Shown here: piece by piece, positions 50,965-61,370 of the stretch
Layout: every line of letters starts with the position of its first letter
Numbering within the stretch: the first letter of the stretch is position 1
Source of the DNA: an uncultured Bacteroides sp.
GTDB lineage: Bacteria > Bacillota > Clostridia > Lachnospirales > Lachnospiraceae
Length of the DNA: 64,000 nucleotides
Direction of reading: 5' to 3'
Assembly: GCA_964589055.1 (NCBI GenBank)
Contig: CAZPSD010000002.1
Span: 12,867 to 76,866 of the forward strand
Made by a program: the position numbers and the translations under genes
Notes under the pieces: generated by a model
The model's database searches: none
The model's input: only the letters and a program-made list of their open reading frames with translations
Told to the model about the DNA's origin: nothing

Positions 50965-51321
50965 TTAAAGATCATACCGGAATCTGCACACATCATTATC
51001 AAATTCCATATCCGCCAGGAAACCGATCAACTCATTTTTCTCTTCTGCATTGAGTCTCTGTAGTTTTCTGTGATGCAGCAGCACCGTGTATTCTCTGCTT
51101 CCATCCTCCATAGTCACCCTGGTCATGGTCACTCCGCAGTCGCAATATCCTTTTTCCTCCAGAATATCTCTGGTGCGATCCAGATATTCGTCTTCCAGCG
51201 CCGCATAATACCGGTTTGCTTCTGCGCGTTCACTGTTTTCCTTGCTAGACACGGTGCCTTTCACACAAAATATGATCACCGCGATAAGCACAACTGTAAT
51301 AATTCCAAATCCTTTTCTCAT
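50965..51321 (-). CDS. Hypothetical membrane-anchored or exported protein
   Basis: AGAAAGGGTG RBS, N-terminal hydrophobic helix. Confidence 0.75.
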   Translation of the reverse strand: MRKGFGIITVVLIAVIIFCVKGTVSSKENSERAEANRYYAALEDEYLDRTRDILEEKGYCDCGVTMTRVTMEDGSREYTVLLHHRKLQRLNAEEKNELIGFLADMEFDNDVCRFRYDL

Positions 51322-51602
51322 TGCCAACACCCTTTCTTACATTTTCTGATATTAAGATAACATATGCTGAGTCCCATAAAACGGACTTTATTATAAGGCT
51401 TTCTGACTCTGCCCTCTTATAAGCAGATTCGAAACGCCCTGCGTTTCTCATTCGCGTTGCTCCTCATAAATCCTGACATTCATCCGCTCATGCAGGCATG
51501 GCGGCTGCCTGTCCGGCTTTCTGACTCTGCTTATGCGCGCAAAAAAAGACATTCACTTTCCAGCAAATGTCTTTTGCATAAAGGAAACAACATCCAAATA
51601 CG

Positions 51603-51893
51603 CTACTCAATCTTACGATATCTTTGGAAAATCTTATCTTTGCCGCATACATGCCTTGTGCCGTCCGCATCCTTGATAATATAGTCGCCTTCCCCGATAA
51701 AGGTACGTCCCCTGCGGCTCATGATATACGGACAAACGATAGCGCCGTTTTCTTTCGTCACCTTGACAAGTGTATCTGTCACGATCCATCCTTTCGTCAC
51801 CACATCCGACCACAACTCAAAACCGTCTTCCATACCTTTTCCGACTTCATATTGCTCAACTTCCGATTCCATAGCTATCCGAATGCACTTCAT
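51603..51893 (-). CDS. Hypothetical 96-aa protein with EGDYII motif
   Basis: GGAGG RBS, 21 bp after thrH, followed by a terminator-like hairpin. Confidence 0.75.
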   Translation of the reverse strand: MKCIRIAMESEVEQYEVGKGMEDGFELWSDVVTKGWIVTDTLVKVTKENGAIVCPYIMSRRGRTFIGEGDYIIKDADGTRHVCGKDKIFQRYRKIE

Positions 51894-51914
51894 CTGATTC
51901 CCTCCATTCTGCAG

Positions 51915-52526
51915 TTATTCTGCAATCGCTTTCTTAATTGCCGCCATCAATTCATCATATGTCTCATAAGCAGGCAGATCGGGATTATCCTTCTTAATCT
52001 GCTCCGTGCTTTTAAACAAAAATCCCGCTTTGCCTGCCTTGATCATACCCAGATCGTTGTGACTGTCCCCGCTGGCAATCGTCTCATAACCGATAGACTG
52101 TAATGCTTTGACGGTGGTCAGTTTGGAATTCTCTATCCGCATCTTAAATCCAGTGATCTCACCGTCCGGCGCCACCTCCAACGTATTACAGAAAATCGTA
52201 GGCCATCCCAGCTTCTTCATGAGAGGTCCCGCGAACTGTGTAAAAGTATCGCTGATAATGATTACCTGCGTTATGCTTCTGAGTTCGTCTAAAAATTCTT
52301 TTGCACCGGGGATCGGATCGATCGTGGCTATTGTCTCCTGAATCTCTTTCAATCCCAGTCCATGCTCCTTTAAAATTCCGATTCTCCAATTCATCAATTT
52401 ATCATAATCCGGCTCGTCCCTTGTCGTCCTCTTAAGCTCCGGAATGCCGCTTGCTTCGGCAAACGCGATCCAGATCTCCGGCACAAGCACCCCTTCCAAA
52501 TCCAGACACACAATATTCATACTCAT
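51915..52526 (-). CDS. thrH: Phosphoserine phosphatase / homoserine phosphotransferase
   Basis: CLDLEGVLVPEIW, TTRDEPDYD, GDSHND HAD motifs. Confidence 0.93.
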   Translation of the reverse strand: MSMNIVCLDLEGVLVPEIWIAFAEASGIPELKRTTRDEPDYDKLMNWRIGILKEHGLGLKEIQETIATIDPIPGAKEFLDELRSITQVIIISDTFTQFAGPLMKKLGWPTIFCNTLEVAPDGEITGFKMRIENSKLTTVKALQSIGYETIASGDSHNDLGMIKAGKAGFLFKSTEQIKKDNPDLPAYETYDELMAAIKKAIAE

Positions 52527-52619
52527 TACTTACTCCTCCGTCAATGTATACAAATTATTAACTTTATCTAAGTATAGCTTACCTGACCGTTCTTCCGCAA
52601 CTATATTTTATGTAAAAGA

Positions 52620-52854
52620 TTCAGCAAATGTAACATTTCACCAGACTGTTTAAAATTTTACAGAAAGCTCTTTCTACAAATATCTGAATAAGAAAAGAAT
52701 AGAACATGCGGAGAAGCTTCTCGTGGATCCTGAAATATCCATCACCGAGGTTGCGCTTCAATCAGGCTGCTACAGCCTCTCCGCATTTATCAGAATGTTT
52801 AAAATCATGAAGGATTGTACACCTACCGAGTTTCGGAACATGTACGAAGCATAA
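52620..52854 (+). pseudogene. Truncated, frameshifted AraC C-terminal HTH remnant
   Basis: HFTRLFK / FTESSFYKYLNKKRIEHAEKLL...SITEVALQSG...FIRMFK...TPTEFR; no start codon or sensor domain. Confidence 0.82.
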
Positions 52855-52865
52855 AACTTATAAAT

Positions 52866-53312
52866 TTACTGCAGCATTTCTCCCACAATCCTGTTGACCA
52901 TGCCGCCGTCCGCACGTCCTTTCACTTTCGGCATCAGTTCTTTCATAACTCTGCCTTTGTCTTTACCGGAAGGCGTCTCGATGCCAAGCGCCGCAAAAAC
53001 TTCGCGGACGGCCGCTTTGATCTCTTCCCCGCTCATCTGCACCGGTGCAAACTCCTGATATACATCCAGTCTCTTCTGACACTGTTCTTTGATATCCGTT
53101 CTGTCTGCAGGCGCTGTCTCCATCGTCTCCTTAGTCTGCTTGATTTCCTTGGCAATGACCTCAAATTCCTCAGCCTCCGTCAAGTCCTCTCTCTTATCGA
53201 TGGCTTTGTTCTTCAATGCGGACAGCAGCATAGACAAAGAATCTTTACGCTCCTTATCCTTGTTCTTCATTGCCGCTACCATTTCCTGTCTTACTTCATC
53301 AATTTTACTCAT
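52866..53312 (-). CDS. GatB/YqeY domain protein
   Basis: AMKNKDKERK, KGRVMKELMPKVKGRADG. Confidence 0.9.
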   Translation of the reverse strand: MSKIDEVRQEMVAAMKNKDKERKDSLSMLLSALKNKAIDKREDLTEAEEFEVIAKEIKQTKETMETAPADRTDIKEQCQKRLDVYQEFAPVQMSGEEIKAAVREVFAALGIETPSGKDKGRVMKELMPKVKGRADGGMVNRIVGEMLQ

Positions 53313-53351
53313 GTTACATACTCCCTTTCTATAATCTGATAAATTCTTTCC

Positions 53352-53864
53352 CTAATTCAGAGGTTCTCTGCAGAAATAACAGCTATACCGCATTCTCGGA
53401 ACCATAGGAACCAGGTTCTCAGCCCCGCAGTAGCCGCAGGCTGCACACCTCTTGCCCTGGGGAACAGGATCTCCGTCAAAAAGTCTTTCGGCAACGACAA
53501 GACCGCCCGACGCTTCATGCAGCCGCTTCTGTTCCTCATATTTCTCCCTCGCATGTTCCCTCGCATCCGCCTCCGCTTTTTCCATCAGATAGGCAGTGGT
53601 GGAATTACCGTCCTCTTTTGCTTCCCGGATCGCCTCTTCTTTTGCTCTTTGGCGCGCCGCTTTGTGCTGGGTAACAGTGCTGTTTGCCGTATGCGCTCCG
53701 GTATAAGAGCCGCTTCCGTTACTATAGACATTTCCTTTCGTTTTCGCCGTAGTCACCGTCGTATTCGGTATCTGACCGTTACCCATTGGTCCTTCCGATA
53801 TACTTTTCTGTTTCTTCTTGATCACCCACGCAATAATAATAATGACAATCACTAACTCAATCAT
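53352..53864 (-). CDS. Hypothetical membrane-anchored protein with C-terminal zinc ribbon
   Basis: N-terminal TM; CGYC...CYFC. Confidence 0.75.
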   Translation of the reverse strand: MIELVIVIIIIAWVIKKKQKSISEGPMGNGQIPNTTVTTAKTKGNVYSNGSGSYTGAHTANSTVTQHKAARQRAKEEAIREAKEDGNSTTAYLMEKAEADAREHAREKYEEQKRLHEASGGLVVAERLFDGDPVPQGKRCAACGYCGAENLVPMVPRMRYSCYFCREPLN

Positions 53865-54869
53865 TTATTTATCCTCCATCCTTCCTGATCCGGGACTGCT
53901 GTATTTTACGATCAAAAGCTCCACGCTCATGACATCGTTCATCCTGCCGGTCTTAACCGCTTCCTCCGCTTCCACACAATCCTTAAGCGCAGTTTTAAGA
54001 TCCGCTTCTTTAAATTTTGCCGCCTGTGCTGCGTACTTTTTAGCAATAAATCCGGCAAGCCCCACTTTCCCGCCGATGGTATTGGTATCATAGCCTTTGT
54101 TCTTTAACTCTTTGACCTGCAAAAGCATATTGAATTGTCTGGTAATCAAATAAAGAATTCTCATAGGCGGTTCCTTTAAGGTCAGCAGATCATAATACAG
54201 ATCCATAGCCCGTTTCTGCTGTCCCTGCGCCAATGCGTTGATCATATCGAATATTTGATTGCTCACCTGCTTCGTGCAGACAGCCTCGATATCCTGCGCC
54301 AGAATCACATCCCGGTCCAGACAATAACAAAGCAGTTTTTCCAGTTCCCCGCGGATATTCTCCATGTCCGTTCCGGTCTTTTCCAGGAAAAGATTTAAGT
54401 CCCGCTCCGTGATATTTTTGTTCTCCTTTTTCAGAAAACCTAATATCCACCGTTTCAGGACCGCTTCATCCTGTGTCTTGCACTCAATGGCACGTCCTTT
54501 GGCAACAGCTGCCTTATAAAGTTTGCTGCGCTTATCCACCGTCTGTTCCACAAACACAAAGAAAGCGGTTTCGGCCGGCGCCGCCAGATACTCGGCGAGC
54601 TGCTCCCCTCCGCGGGTAAAAAGCGTGCTGTTTTCCAGTATAATCACTCTGCGCTGCGCCAAAAAAGGCATCGTTTCCGCCAGATCGATGACTTCTCCCA
54701 CGGACACGTCTTTGCCTTCAAAATAATGACAGTTCATGGGATCGCCATCGCCCAACAGGGCGCTTTTGAGTTTATCCCTGTACTGGCTGCGCAGATAGGC
54801 TTCCTCTCCATAGAGCAGATATACTTGTTTCAGTTGTCCTGTTTTGATTTCCTCGTTGAGCTTTTGCAT
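53865..54869 (-). CDS. holA: DNA polymerase III delta subunit
   Basis: YLLYGEE, ETMPF, ELEKL, directly downstream of comEC. Confidence 0.93.
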   Translation of the reverse strand: MQKLNEEIKTGQLKQVYLLYGEEAYLRSQYRDKLKSALLGDGDPMNCHYFEGKDVSVGEVIDLAETMPFLAQRRVIILENSTLFTRGGEQLAEYLAAPAETAFFVFVEQTVDKRSKLYKAAVAKGRAIECKTQDEAVLKRWILGFLKKENKNITERDLNLFLEKTGTDMENIRGELEKLLCYCLDRDVILAQDIEAVCTKQVSNQIFDMINALAQGQQKRAMDLYYDLLTLKEPPMRILYLITRQFNMLLQVKELKNKGYDTNTIGGKVGLAGFIAKKYAAQAAKFKEADLKTALKDCVEAEEAVKTGRMNDVMSVELLIVKYSSPGSGRMEDK

Positions 54870-54998
54870 ATAATATTAGTATCTTCGTTTTTGTATCCGG
54901 TGTCAAGTGATACCTTTCCGTATCTGATGACATTACCCCTTTATCGCAACTACATTCCTGTTTAAGCGTAAACAATTTTCATTCTGTCAAATTTGTCA

Positions 54999-57326
54999 TT
55001 ACCGATAAAGGAATCCGCTCCAATTTACCTCCTGATTTTTACCATCTGTCCGAATGGTGACCGCCCCGCTTTCATAAGTAATCAACGTCTCCGCACCACA
55101 TTCCTCCAGCCGTTCAAGCGTCTCCTGATGGGGATGTCCGTAGGAATTATTCTCACCTGCCGAAATCAGTGCAATGCGCGGGCTGACCGCTTCGAGGAAC
55201 TCTACGGATGTGGAATTCCGGGAACCATGATGTGCGACTTTAAGAAGCGTAAGCCGCTCCGCCGTTTCTCCGGCAAATTCTCCGCCCTCTATTTGATCAA
55301 GCGCCATCTGTTCTCCTTCCCCCTCCAAATCTCCCGTAAAAAGAGCAGAGAAATTTCCATAGGTCAGATACAGCACGATCGAATAGGCGTTGGTATCTTC
55401 CGAATACCATCCCTTCGATGGGTGTATACAGGTTAACATAACTTTGTTGTGTTGTACTACCTCTCCGGCACATATGTAATGCACAGGCACTCCTGTCGCA
55501 GCCGCAAGCTTCTCCAACTCCCGATATTCCTCAGTTTTGCATTCTTCAGCCACATCGGGCAGTACCAGCACACCGATCTCAATGCCAATTTCTTCATATT
55601 CTTCCAGCCATGCACGGATACCGTTCTCATGGTCGCTGTCCGGATGGGTGACAAACACAGCATCCAAATAGTCCGCGCCTTTATATTTTAGAAAAGGCAG
55701 TATCTGATAGTCCGCCACATCACTTTTACTGGAGCTGCCGCCATCGATCAGAAAACGGATGCCGCTATCCTCCGACAGATAGATGCAGTCGCCCTGCCCC
55801 ACATCTACCATGGTGATTTCCAATCCCCGCGGCTGTCTGACGGTAAAAACAAGCAATGCGCACAATACGCCCTGCCAAAACAACATTTTCGGCATCCTAT
55901 GCTCCCACAGGATCACGCCTGCCATGATTCCCAGAAACAGCACGATCTGCCACGCCTGGGGACAGCCTGTGATCCATTTATGACCCGGCAGATTCATGCA
56001 CCAGTCACAGCTTTTTTCATAAAACCACAGGATCATGTGTCCCGGATAGGATACCAGCATACCAAGAGGCAGAAAGCAGGACGCCAGTCCTATGCAGCAC
56101 AGCCCGCTCAACAAAACCAAGGTCATGCAGGGAATCACAATCAGATTTAAAAGCACGGAATAAGGGGGAAATTCATAATAGAAGCACAGATATACCGGCA
56201 GCGTGGAGATTGAGACAGCGGTACCGGATAAGAGAAGTTTTTCCGTCCGGCTTCCGGTCAAAAGGTTCCGCTCTACCGCCGGCAGAAATAATCCGATCCC
56301 GCAGACCGCACCGAAACTGAACAGGAATCCACTATGAAGCAGATACAAGGGCTGCTGCACAAGAATACACAATGCCGCTATGACCAGTGCCGTATACAAA
56401 TCATAAGTTCTTCCAACAAGTTTCGCACACAAGTGAAGCACAAACATAATATATGCTCTGATCATGGATGTTCCCATTCCGGTCATGGTTCCATAACAGT
56501 ACATAAGCCCAATTGATACAATTATGTTAACTGCAATCGGAACCCGCATTTTTGCGAGTATCTTATAAAGCCCCATACCGATGATTGACAAATGCAGCCC
56601 GCTGATTGCCAGAATATGGATAATCCCGTTCTGTTGATATAAGCTTTTCACCTCCCGGTCAAGGGTTCCCTTTTCTCCAAGCAGCATCGCTTTCATGACA
56701 GAAGCGTCCTGTTTATCATAGCAGGCATCCAAGAGCAGAGACAGATATTCCCTGATCTGACAGAGTCTTTCCCGAAATCCGTCATACTCGCCGCTCTCTG
56801 CCAGGCATACTGCCTGCATCATCCTTCCCTGCTGGTTTAAGATCCGGTAATATTGGGCACTGTCAAACTCGCCCGGATTGGAGGCATGGGAAAAGGAATA
56901 AAAGGTTCCCTGTACCACCACAAGGCTGCCTATATGAGGCATATTGTCCTGCTCCATATAGCATATAATCCCCTCGATTCCCTGAGCGTCCTCCCGCTGC
57001 AGCAATTTTCTGTTTTCTTTCCAATAGTGATCTGTTTGTCGTAACAAGGTATTATCCGAATAAGAATTTCTTCCGGAAGAATCCGATAAGATTTGTTTCA
57101 GATTTGTTATTTGATCTTCTTTTAGAACTACTGCATCTTTTAAGGTTATCGCCGGAACCTCTTGCTCCCCCGATATACGGTACTCCTTCCAGTCCACATA
57201 TCCCGCCACGGTAACCTGCTGTCTGTTCAGATGACCATAGACAGGAGCGCCCCTTACCGTAACTGTCATTCCTATGATAACCGCCGCCACATATACCAGT
57301 CCGATCAGGCATAAAGGTCTTCTCAC
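54999..57326 (-). CDS. comEC: Competence protein ComEC/Rec2
   Basis: HILAISGLH, DVGQGD, THPDSDH, FTGDL, KVAHHGS, YGHPH. Confidence 0.95.
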   Translation of the reverse strand: MRRPLCLIGLVYVAAVIIGMTVTVRGAPVYGHLNRQQVTVAGYVDWKEYRISGEQEVPAITLKDAVVLKEDQITNLKQILSDSSGRNSYSDNTLLRQTDHYWKENRKLLQREDAQGIEGIICYMEQDNMPHIGSLVVVQGTFYSFSHASNPGEFDSAQYYRILNQQGRMMQAVCLAESGEYDGFRERLCQIREYLSLLLDACYDKQDASVMKAMLLGEKGTLDREVKSLYQQNGIIHILAISGLHLSIIGMGLYKILAKMRVPIAVNIIVSIGLMYCYGTMTGMGTSMIRAYIMFVLHLCAKLVGRTYDLYTALVIAALCILVQQPLYLLHSGFLFSFGAVCGIGLFLPAVERNLLTGSRTEKLLLSGTAVSISTLPVYLCFYYEFPPYSVLLNLIVIPCMTLVLLSGLCCIGLASCFLPLGMLVSYPGHMILWFYEKSCDWCMNLPGHKWITGCPQAWQIVLFLGIMAGVILWEHRMPKMLFWQGVLCALLVFTVRQPRGLEITMVDVGQGDCIYLSEDSGIRFLIDGGSSSKSDVADYQILPFLKYKGADYLDAVFVTHPDSDHENGIRAWLEEYEEIGIEIGVLVLPDVAEECKTEEYRELEKLAAATGVPVHYICAGEVVQHNKVMLTCIHPSKGWYSEDTNAYSIVLYLTYGNFSALFTGDLEGEGEQMALDQIEGGEFAGETAERLTLLKVAHHGSRNSTSVEFLEAVSPRIALISAGENNSYGHPHQETLERLEECGAETLITYESGAVTIRTDGKNQEVNWSGFLYR

Positions 57327-57347
57327 TTTCTTTTCACACTCCTTCCG

Positions 57348-58286
57348 TTATTCTTCTTCCTGTGTCGTAAGCAGATCAAGGTTGCGCTCAAACATGCTGC
57401 TCAGGCTTATATTTTCACGATAGGAAATATTGGTCTCTCCATTGATGGAAATCTGCACTTTATTCACATTGGACAGTTCCACCAGCGAATTTGTTATGGA
57501 ATAGATTGTCACCTCGGAGCACACGTTGTAAGGTTGGTTCAAAAACTCTTCATTCAGGTTTACATAACATACTCCATCTTTTACATTAACACTGACAATC
57601 TTGGTCAGAGGATTGATCGTCGGATAAGCTCCCTGTGCCAAAGGACCCTGCAATAACTGTTCCACTACCAGTTTCTCCATAGAAATATTACTGTTATATA
57701 CTACATTTCTCCGGTTTTCCTCCACCAGGCCATCTCCCGCCTCATTGGCGAAATACAACCGCAGATTCACTTTTTCATAAGTGTTGATCTCATTTCCGGC
57801 ATTATCAATAAAGGTGTCCGCCGCCATCGTTCCCACGGCTGCCCCCATACCGTCCGTCAGCATCTCCCCTTGAATCGTAAACGCCACATATTTAATCTCC
57901 GGAATCTGTGTCAGTGTTCTGACAATAGCCGCCCGCACCAACACCTCCCGGATCACATCCATTTTCTTATACTGTTCATCAAAGTTCAGGGTAAGCTGCC
58001 CGTTATCCAGCGTATAATCCAGCAGGGCAAAATCACCCGCAAGCGGTGCGATATACTCCATTCTTTCGCCTGTGGTCCCCAGCTGTTCAAACAATTCGGC
58101 AAGCAAAGCTTCCGTGTCCTGCGTTTCACTGTCATACTCCGCGCTGAAAATCTTTGTTTCCTCTTTGTTTACATAATATATCTGATATGCTGTCCCATTG
58201 ACTGTATTTTCACTATCGCAGGCTGCCATTACCATGACCGACAGCGCCAACAGAAAGCCTATTATGATTTTATTACTCTTCTTCAT
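57348..58286 (-). CDS. Lipoprotein with two GerMN domains
   Basis: Lipobox MAAC, LYF...L.QGP, YSITNSL..L..VNKVQISING. Confidence 0.85.
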   Translation of the reverse strand: MKKSNKIIIGFLLALSVMVMAACDSENTVNGTAYQIYYVNKEETKIFSAEYDSETQDTEALLAELFEQLGTTGERMEYIAPLAGDFALLDYTLDNGQLTLNFDEQYKKMDVIREVLVRAAIVRTLTQIPEIKYVAFTIQGEMLTDGMGAAVGTMAADTFIDNAGNEINTYEKVNLRLYFANEAGDGLVEENRRNVVYNSNISMEKLVVEQLLQGPLAQGAYPTINPLTKIVSVNVKDGVCYVNLNEEFLNQPYNVCSEVTIYSITNSLVELSNVNKVQISINGETNISYRENISLSSMFERNLDLLTTQEEE

Positions 58287-58371
58287 TCTAAACCTCCATG
58301 TCAGAGCAGATCACTGCTGAACATGCCTTTCATTATGCTCTCGTTACGGCAGGCTTAATGCAGCTTCTTTG

Positions 58372-59844
58372 TTAAACCGCAATATACGTAAGCGGGATCT
58401 TAACCGTAAAAGTAGTGCCCACCTCTTCCTCGCTGACCACTTTAATAGAGCCCCGATGCATAATAATCGCATTTCTGGTTATGGCAAGTCCCAGCCCGGT
58501 GCCGCCGATCTCTCTGGATCTTGATTTATCCACCCTGTAAAATCTCTCATAAATATGTTCTATCGATTCTTCCGGGATGCCAATGCCGGAATCCGCTACT
58601 TCTATCGTAAAGAATTGATGATCCGCATCCAGCGTTACCCTGACCCAGCCATGCTCTTTATTATACTTGATAGCATTTTCCACCAGATTGGAAATGGCAA
58701 GGGTAAGCTTAACCTCATCCACCGACGCCGTTACGGGGCGCACGCTCTCATAAACCAACTCCACATCCCGTTTCTGCGCGATAGGACGAAGCCGTTTCAT
58801 AATCAGTTCCACCAGCACATTGATATCTACCTGCGCAATATTGAGATCCGCCGCTGTTCTGTCCATTTTCACCAAAGACAGCAGATCCGTAATGATCTTG
58901 TCCTCACGCCCAATCTCCGCGGCAATATCCGTCATAAATTCCTGATAGATTTCCACCGGCACATCCTGCTGGGTAATGAGAGAATCCGCCAACACCTTCA
59001 TAGAGGTAATGGGCGTCTTTAATTCGTGAGACACATTGGATACGAATTCCTGTCTGGAATCGTCCAAAAGCTTCATTCTGCTCAAAACCCTGTTGAAAGC
59101 ATCCCCGATATGCTCCGTCTCCAGACAGTCCCTGACGGAGATCGGGTCATTGGTATATCCTTCCTGCGCCTGGTTTAATGCCTCCGTAATTTTTTCAAAA
59201 GGATGGATCAGCGCTTTCGCCGCCAGCATGGATATCACAAAAATACCCAGAATTGCAATCACTTCCACAAGCAGCGCATTTCTGTTTAAAATAGCCATAG
59301 TAGCCATGATCGTGTCAGTTGACGCGCTGACTAACAGGACGCCCCGCACCACTTCTCTGTTCTCCGCCGCATCCGGCTGGTCTTTGTCAGGATTAAGGGT
59401 TTCCGTGATGGGAATGGTCATCTCTATATAGCCGTTGTCTTTATCATACTGGCTGGTGCTCTCCCCCTTAATACAGCGCACTACTTCCTCAGAAATAATG
59501 GTTTTGTTCTCACTGATACCGTATGTATCTTTTACCACACGCAGATCGCTGTTGATGATCAGCACGCGTCCGTCATAAAGCGCTGATAATTGATCGATCT
59601 CCGCATTGATCACCTCCGACGAGGTGTCCTGTAAATAATGATAGGTAATCAAATGATTTGCCAGAATCTTAAGCTGGGTGGAAATGTCAGACGTACTTAC
59701 ACTGACGGCATGCCGCTCGTAATTCTGCAAAATGGCATGCCGCATACTGATACACGGAATAAGTCCTACGATAAGCAGGATCAGAAAGATTCTCGTTTTA
59801 AGACTTCTTAGAATTTTAATATTGTGTAATTTCTCTTTAAGCAA
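58372..59844 (-). CDS. Two-TM HAMP sensor histidine kinase
   Basis: FVSNVSHELKTP, NLVENAIKY, RFYRVDKSRSR, GTGLGL; TTG start overlapping the RR stop. Confidence 0.93.
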   Translation of the reverse strand: MLKEKLHNIKILRSLKTRIFLILLIVGLIPCISMRHAILQNYERHAVSVSTSDISTQLKILANHLITYHYLQDTSSEVINAEIDQLSALYDGRVLIINSDLRVVKDTYGISENKTIISEEVVRCIKGESTSQYDKDNGYIEMTIPITETLNPDKDQPDAAENREVVRGVLLVSASTDTIMATMAILNRNALLVEVIAILGIFVISMLAAKALIHPFEKITEALNQAQEGYTNDPISVRDCLETEHIGDAFNRVLSRMKLLDDSRQEFVSNVSHELKTPITSMKVLADSLITQQDVPVEIYQEFMTDIAAEIGREDKIITDLLSLVKMDRTAADLNIAQVDINVLVELIMKRLRPIAQKRDVELVYESVRPVTASVDEVKLTLAISNLVENAIKYNKEHGWVRVTLDADHQFFTIEVADSGIGIPEESIEHIYERFYRVDKSRSREIGGTGLGLAITRNAIIMHRGSIKVVSEEEVGTTFTVKIPLTYIAV

Positions 59845-60523
59845 AATAATACCCCACGCCCCACTTTGTACGTACATAAACCGGCTCGCTCGGTATTCTC
59901 TCTATCTTCTCCCGCAGTCTTCTGATATGTACATCCACGGTTCTGACATCTCCGGGATAGTCATTTCCCCATACAAGCTTCAACAACTCTTCCCTGCCGT
60001 ACACCTTGCCGGGATTTTTCATTAAAAGCTCCAACAGTTCAAACTCCTTCGCCGTCAAATTGATTTCTCTGTCTTTGATGTAAACTCTTCTGCCGTCACA
60101 TTCCAGACGCATATCCCCTTTTTCAACGATCCTGGGAGGCTCTTTCTCAGCGCTCTTCCGGTTGGTTCTGCGCATGATAGCCTTGATTCTCGCCTTGACC
60201 TCCAAAATATTGAAAGGCTTCGTAATATAATCGTCGGCGCCGTATTCAAGCCCCAGAATTTTATCCATATCGTCGCCCTTCGCAGTCAACATAACAATGG
60301 GGACATTGGAAAATTCACGGATTTGCTGGCATACCTCAAAGCCTGTCATCTTAGGCAGCATCACATCTAAAAGAATCATATCATATGAATTCTTCTTCGC
60401 AAACTTCAACGCTTCCTCTCCGTCATAAGCGCAATCCACTTCCATACCGTCCTGCTCTAAGCTGAACCGGATACCCTTCACGATCAGTTTTTCATCATCA
60501 ACCACTAAGACTTTCTGTCCCAT
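59837..60523 (-). CDS. OmpR-family response regulator (WalR/PhoP-like)
   Basis: VVDDE, LLDVMLP, GADDYITKPF, RTVDVHIRRLREKIE. Confidence 0.95.
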   Translation of the reverse strand: MGQKVLVVDDEKLIVKGIRFSLEQDGMEVDCAYDGEEALKFAKKNSYDMILLDVMLPKMTGFEVCQQIREFSNVPIVMLTAKGDDMDKILGLEYGADDYITKPFNILEVKARIKAIMRRTNRKSAEKEPPRIVEKGDMRLECDGRRVYIKDREINLTAKEFELLELLMKNPGKVYGREELLKLVWGNDYPGDVRTVDVHIRRLREKIERIPSEPVYVRTKWGVGYYFA

Positions 60524-60671
60524 TCTCTCTACGCCCCTGTTTTACTTAATACTTCCCTGATTACTGCCCTTTTTCTGATTATACATACTATCTAACTTGC
60601 TTTTCTTAATTTACTTTCATACTGCCTGCAGATTGCTTTCACGCTGTCCTTACCCCGCTTTAACACCATGC

Positions 60672-61370
60672 CTAATTAACCGTAATACTGTCCTTAATCT
60701 TATCATAAGTTCCCTGCTTGATGCCGCTTACTTTCATGATGTCTTCTATCGTCTCGAAAGCGCCATGCTCCTGTCTGTAGGCTGCAATCGCCGACGCTCT
60801 GACGGCTCCGATTCCCGGAATATCACACAACTGCGACTCAGAAGCGGTATTGATATTGATCTTACCGTCATCAGCGGCGCTCTCCGCTTCCAAACTGCCG
60901 GTAAAATCCGTCTGCGGCAGTTCCCCCTGCTCCAACGCCTCCACCTGATCGACTGTCGGTATTACCAGCTGCACCGCATCGGGAAGCTGCTGCGCTTGGT
61001 TTACATAACTTTCATCCGCATTTTCGCTAAAACCGCCCGCCGCCTGTACCGCCTCATAGACGCGGCTGCCCGCAGGGAGTTCATACACTCCCGGATTCTT
61101 AACCGCCCCGCAGACATGCACACAAATCTTCAGCTGATCATCGGACTCTGCTTCGGGTTCTGCCTGTGCCCGCGGTTCTGAAACCGTCTCTTCTTCTGCT
61201 GCTTCTTCAGCCGCTTCTGTGTCCGGCTGCTCGTTTTGCTGGGAGAATACCAGTTCTTCTTTGCCGGTACAGCCGCTGCTTACAGCCATTACAACCACCA
61301 GCAGCAATAGCGCTGCCCATCGCGCGCCTCTCCGGCCGCATGACTTCTTTTTATTTTCTTTTCTTCGCAT
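60672..61370 (-). CDS. comEA: ComEA DNA receptor (SLBB plus HhH)
   Basis: VHVCGAVKNPGVY, ININTA, IPGIG, VSGIK. Confidence 0.92.
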   Translation of the reverse strand: MRRKENKKKSCGRRGARWAALLLLVVVMAVSSGCTGKEELVFSQQNEQPDTEAAEEAAEEETVSEPRAQAEPEAESDDQLKICVHVCGAVKNPGVYELPAGSRVYEAVQAAGGFSENADESYVNQAQQLPDAVQLVIPTVDQVEALEQGELPQTDFTGSLEAESAADDGKININTASESQLCDIPGIGAVRASAIAAYRQEHGAFETIEDIMKVSGIKQGTYDKIKDSITVN

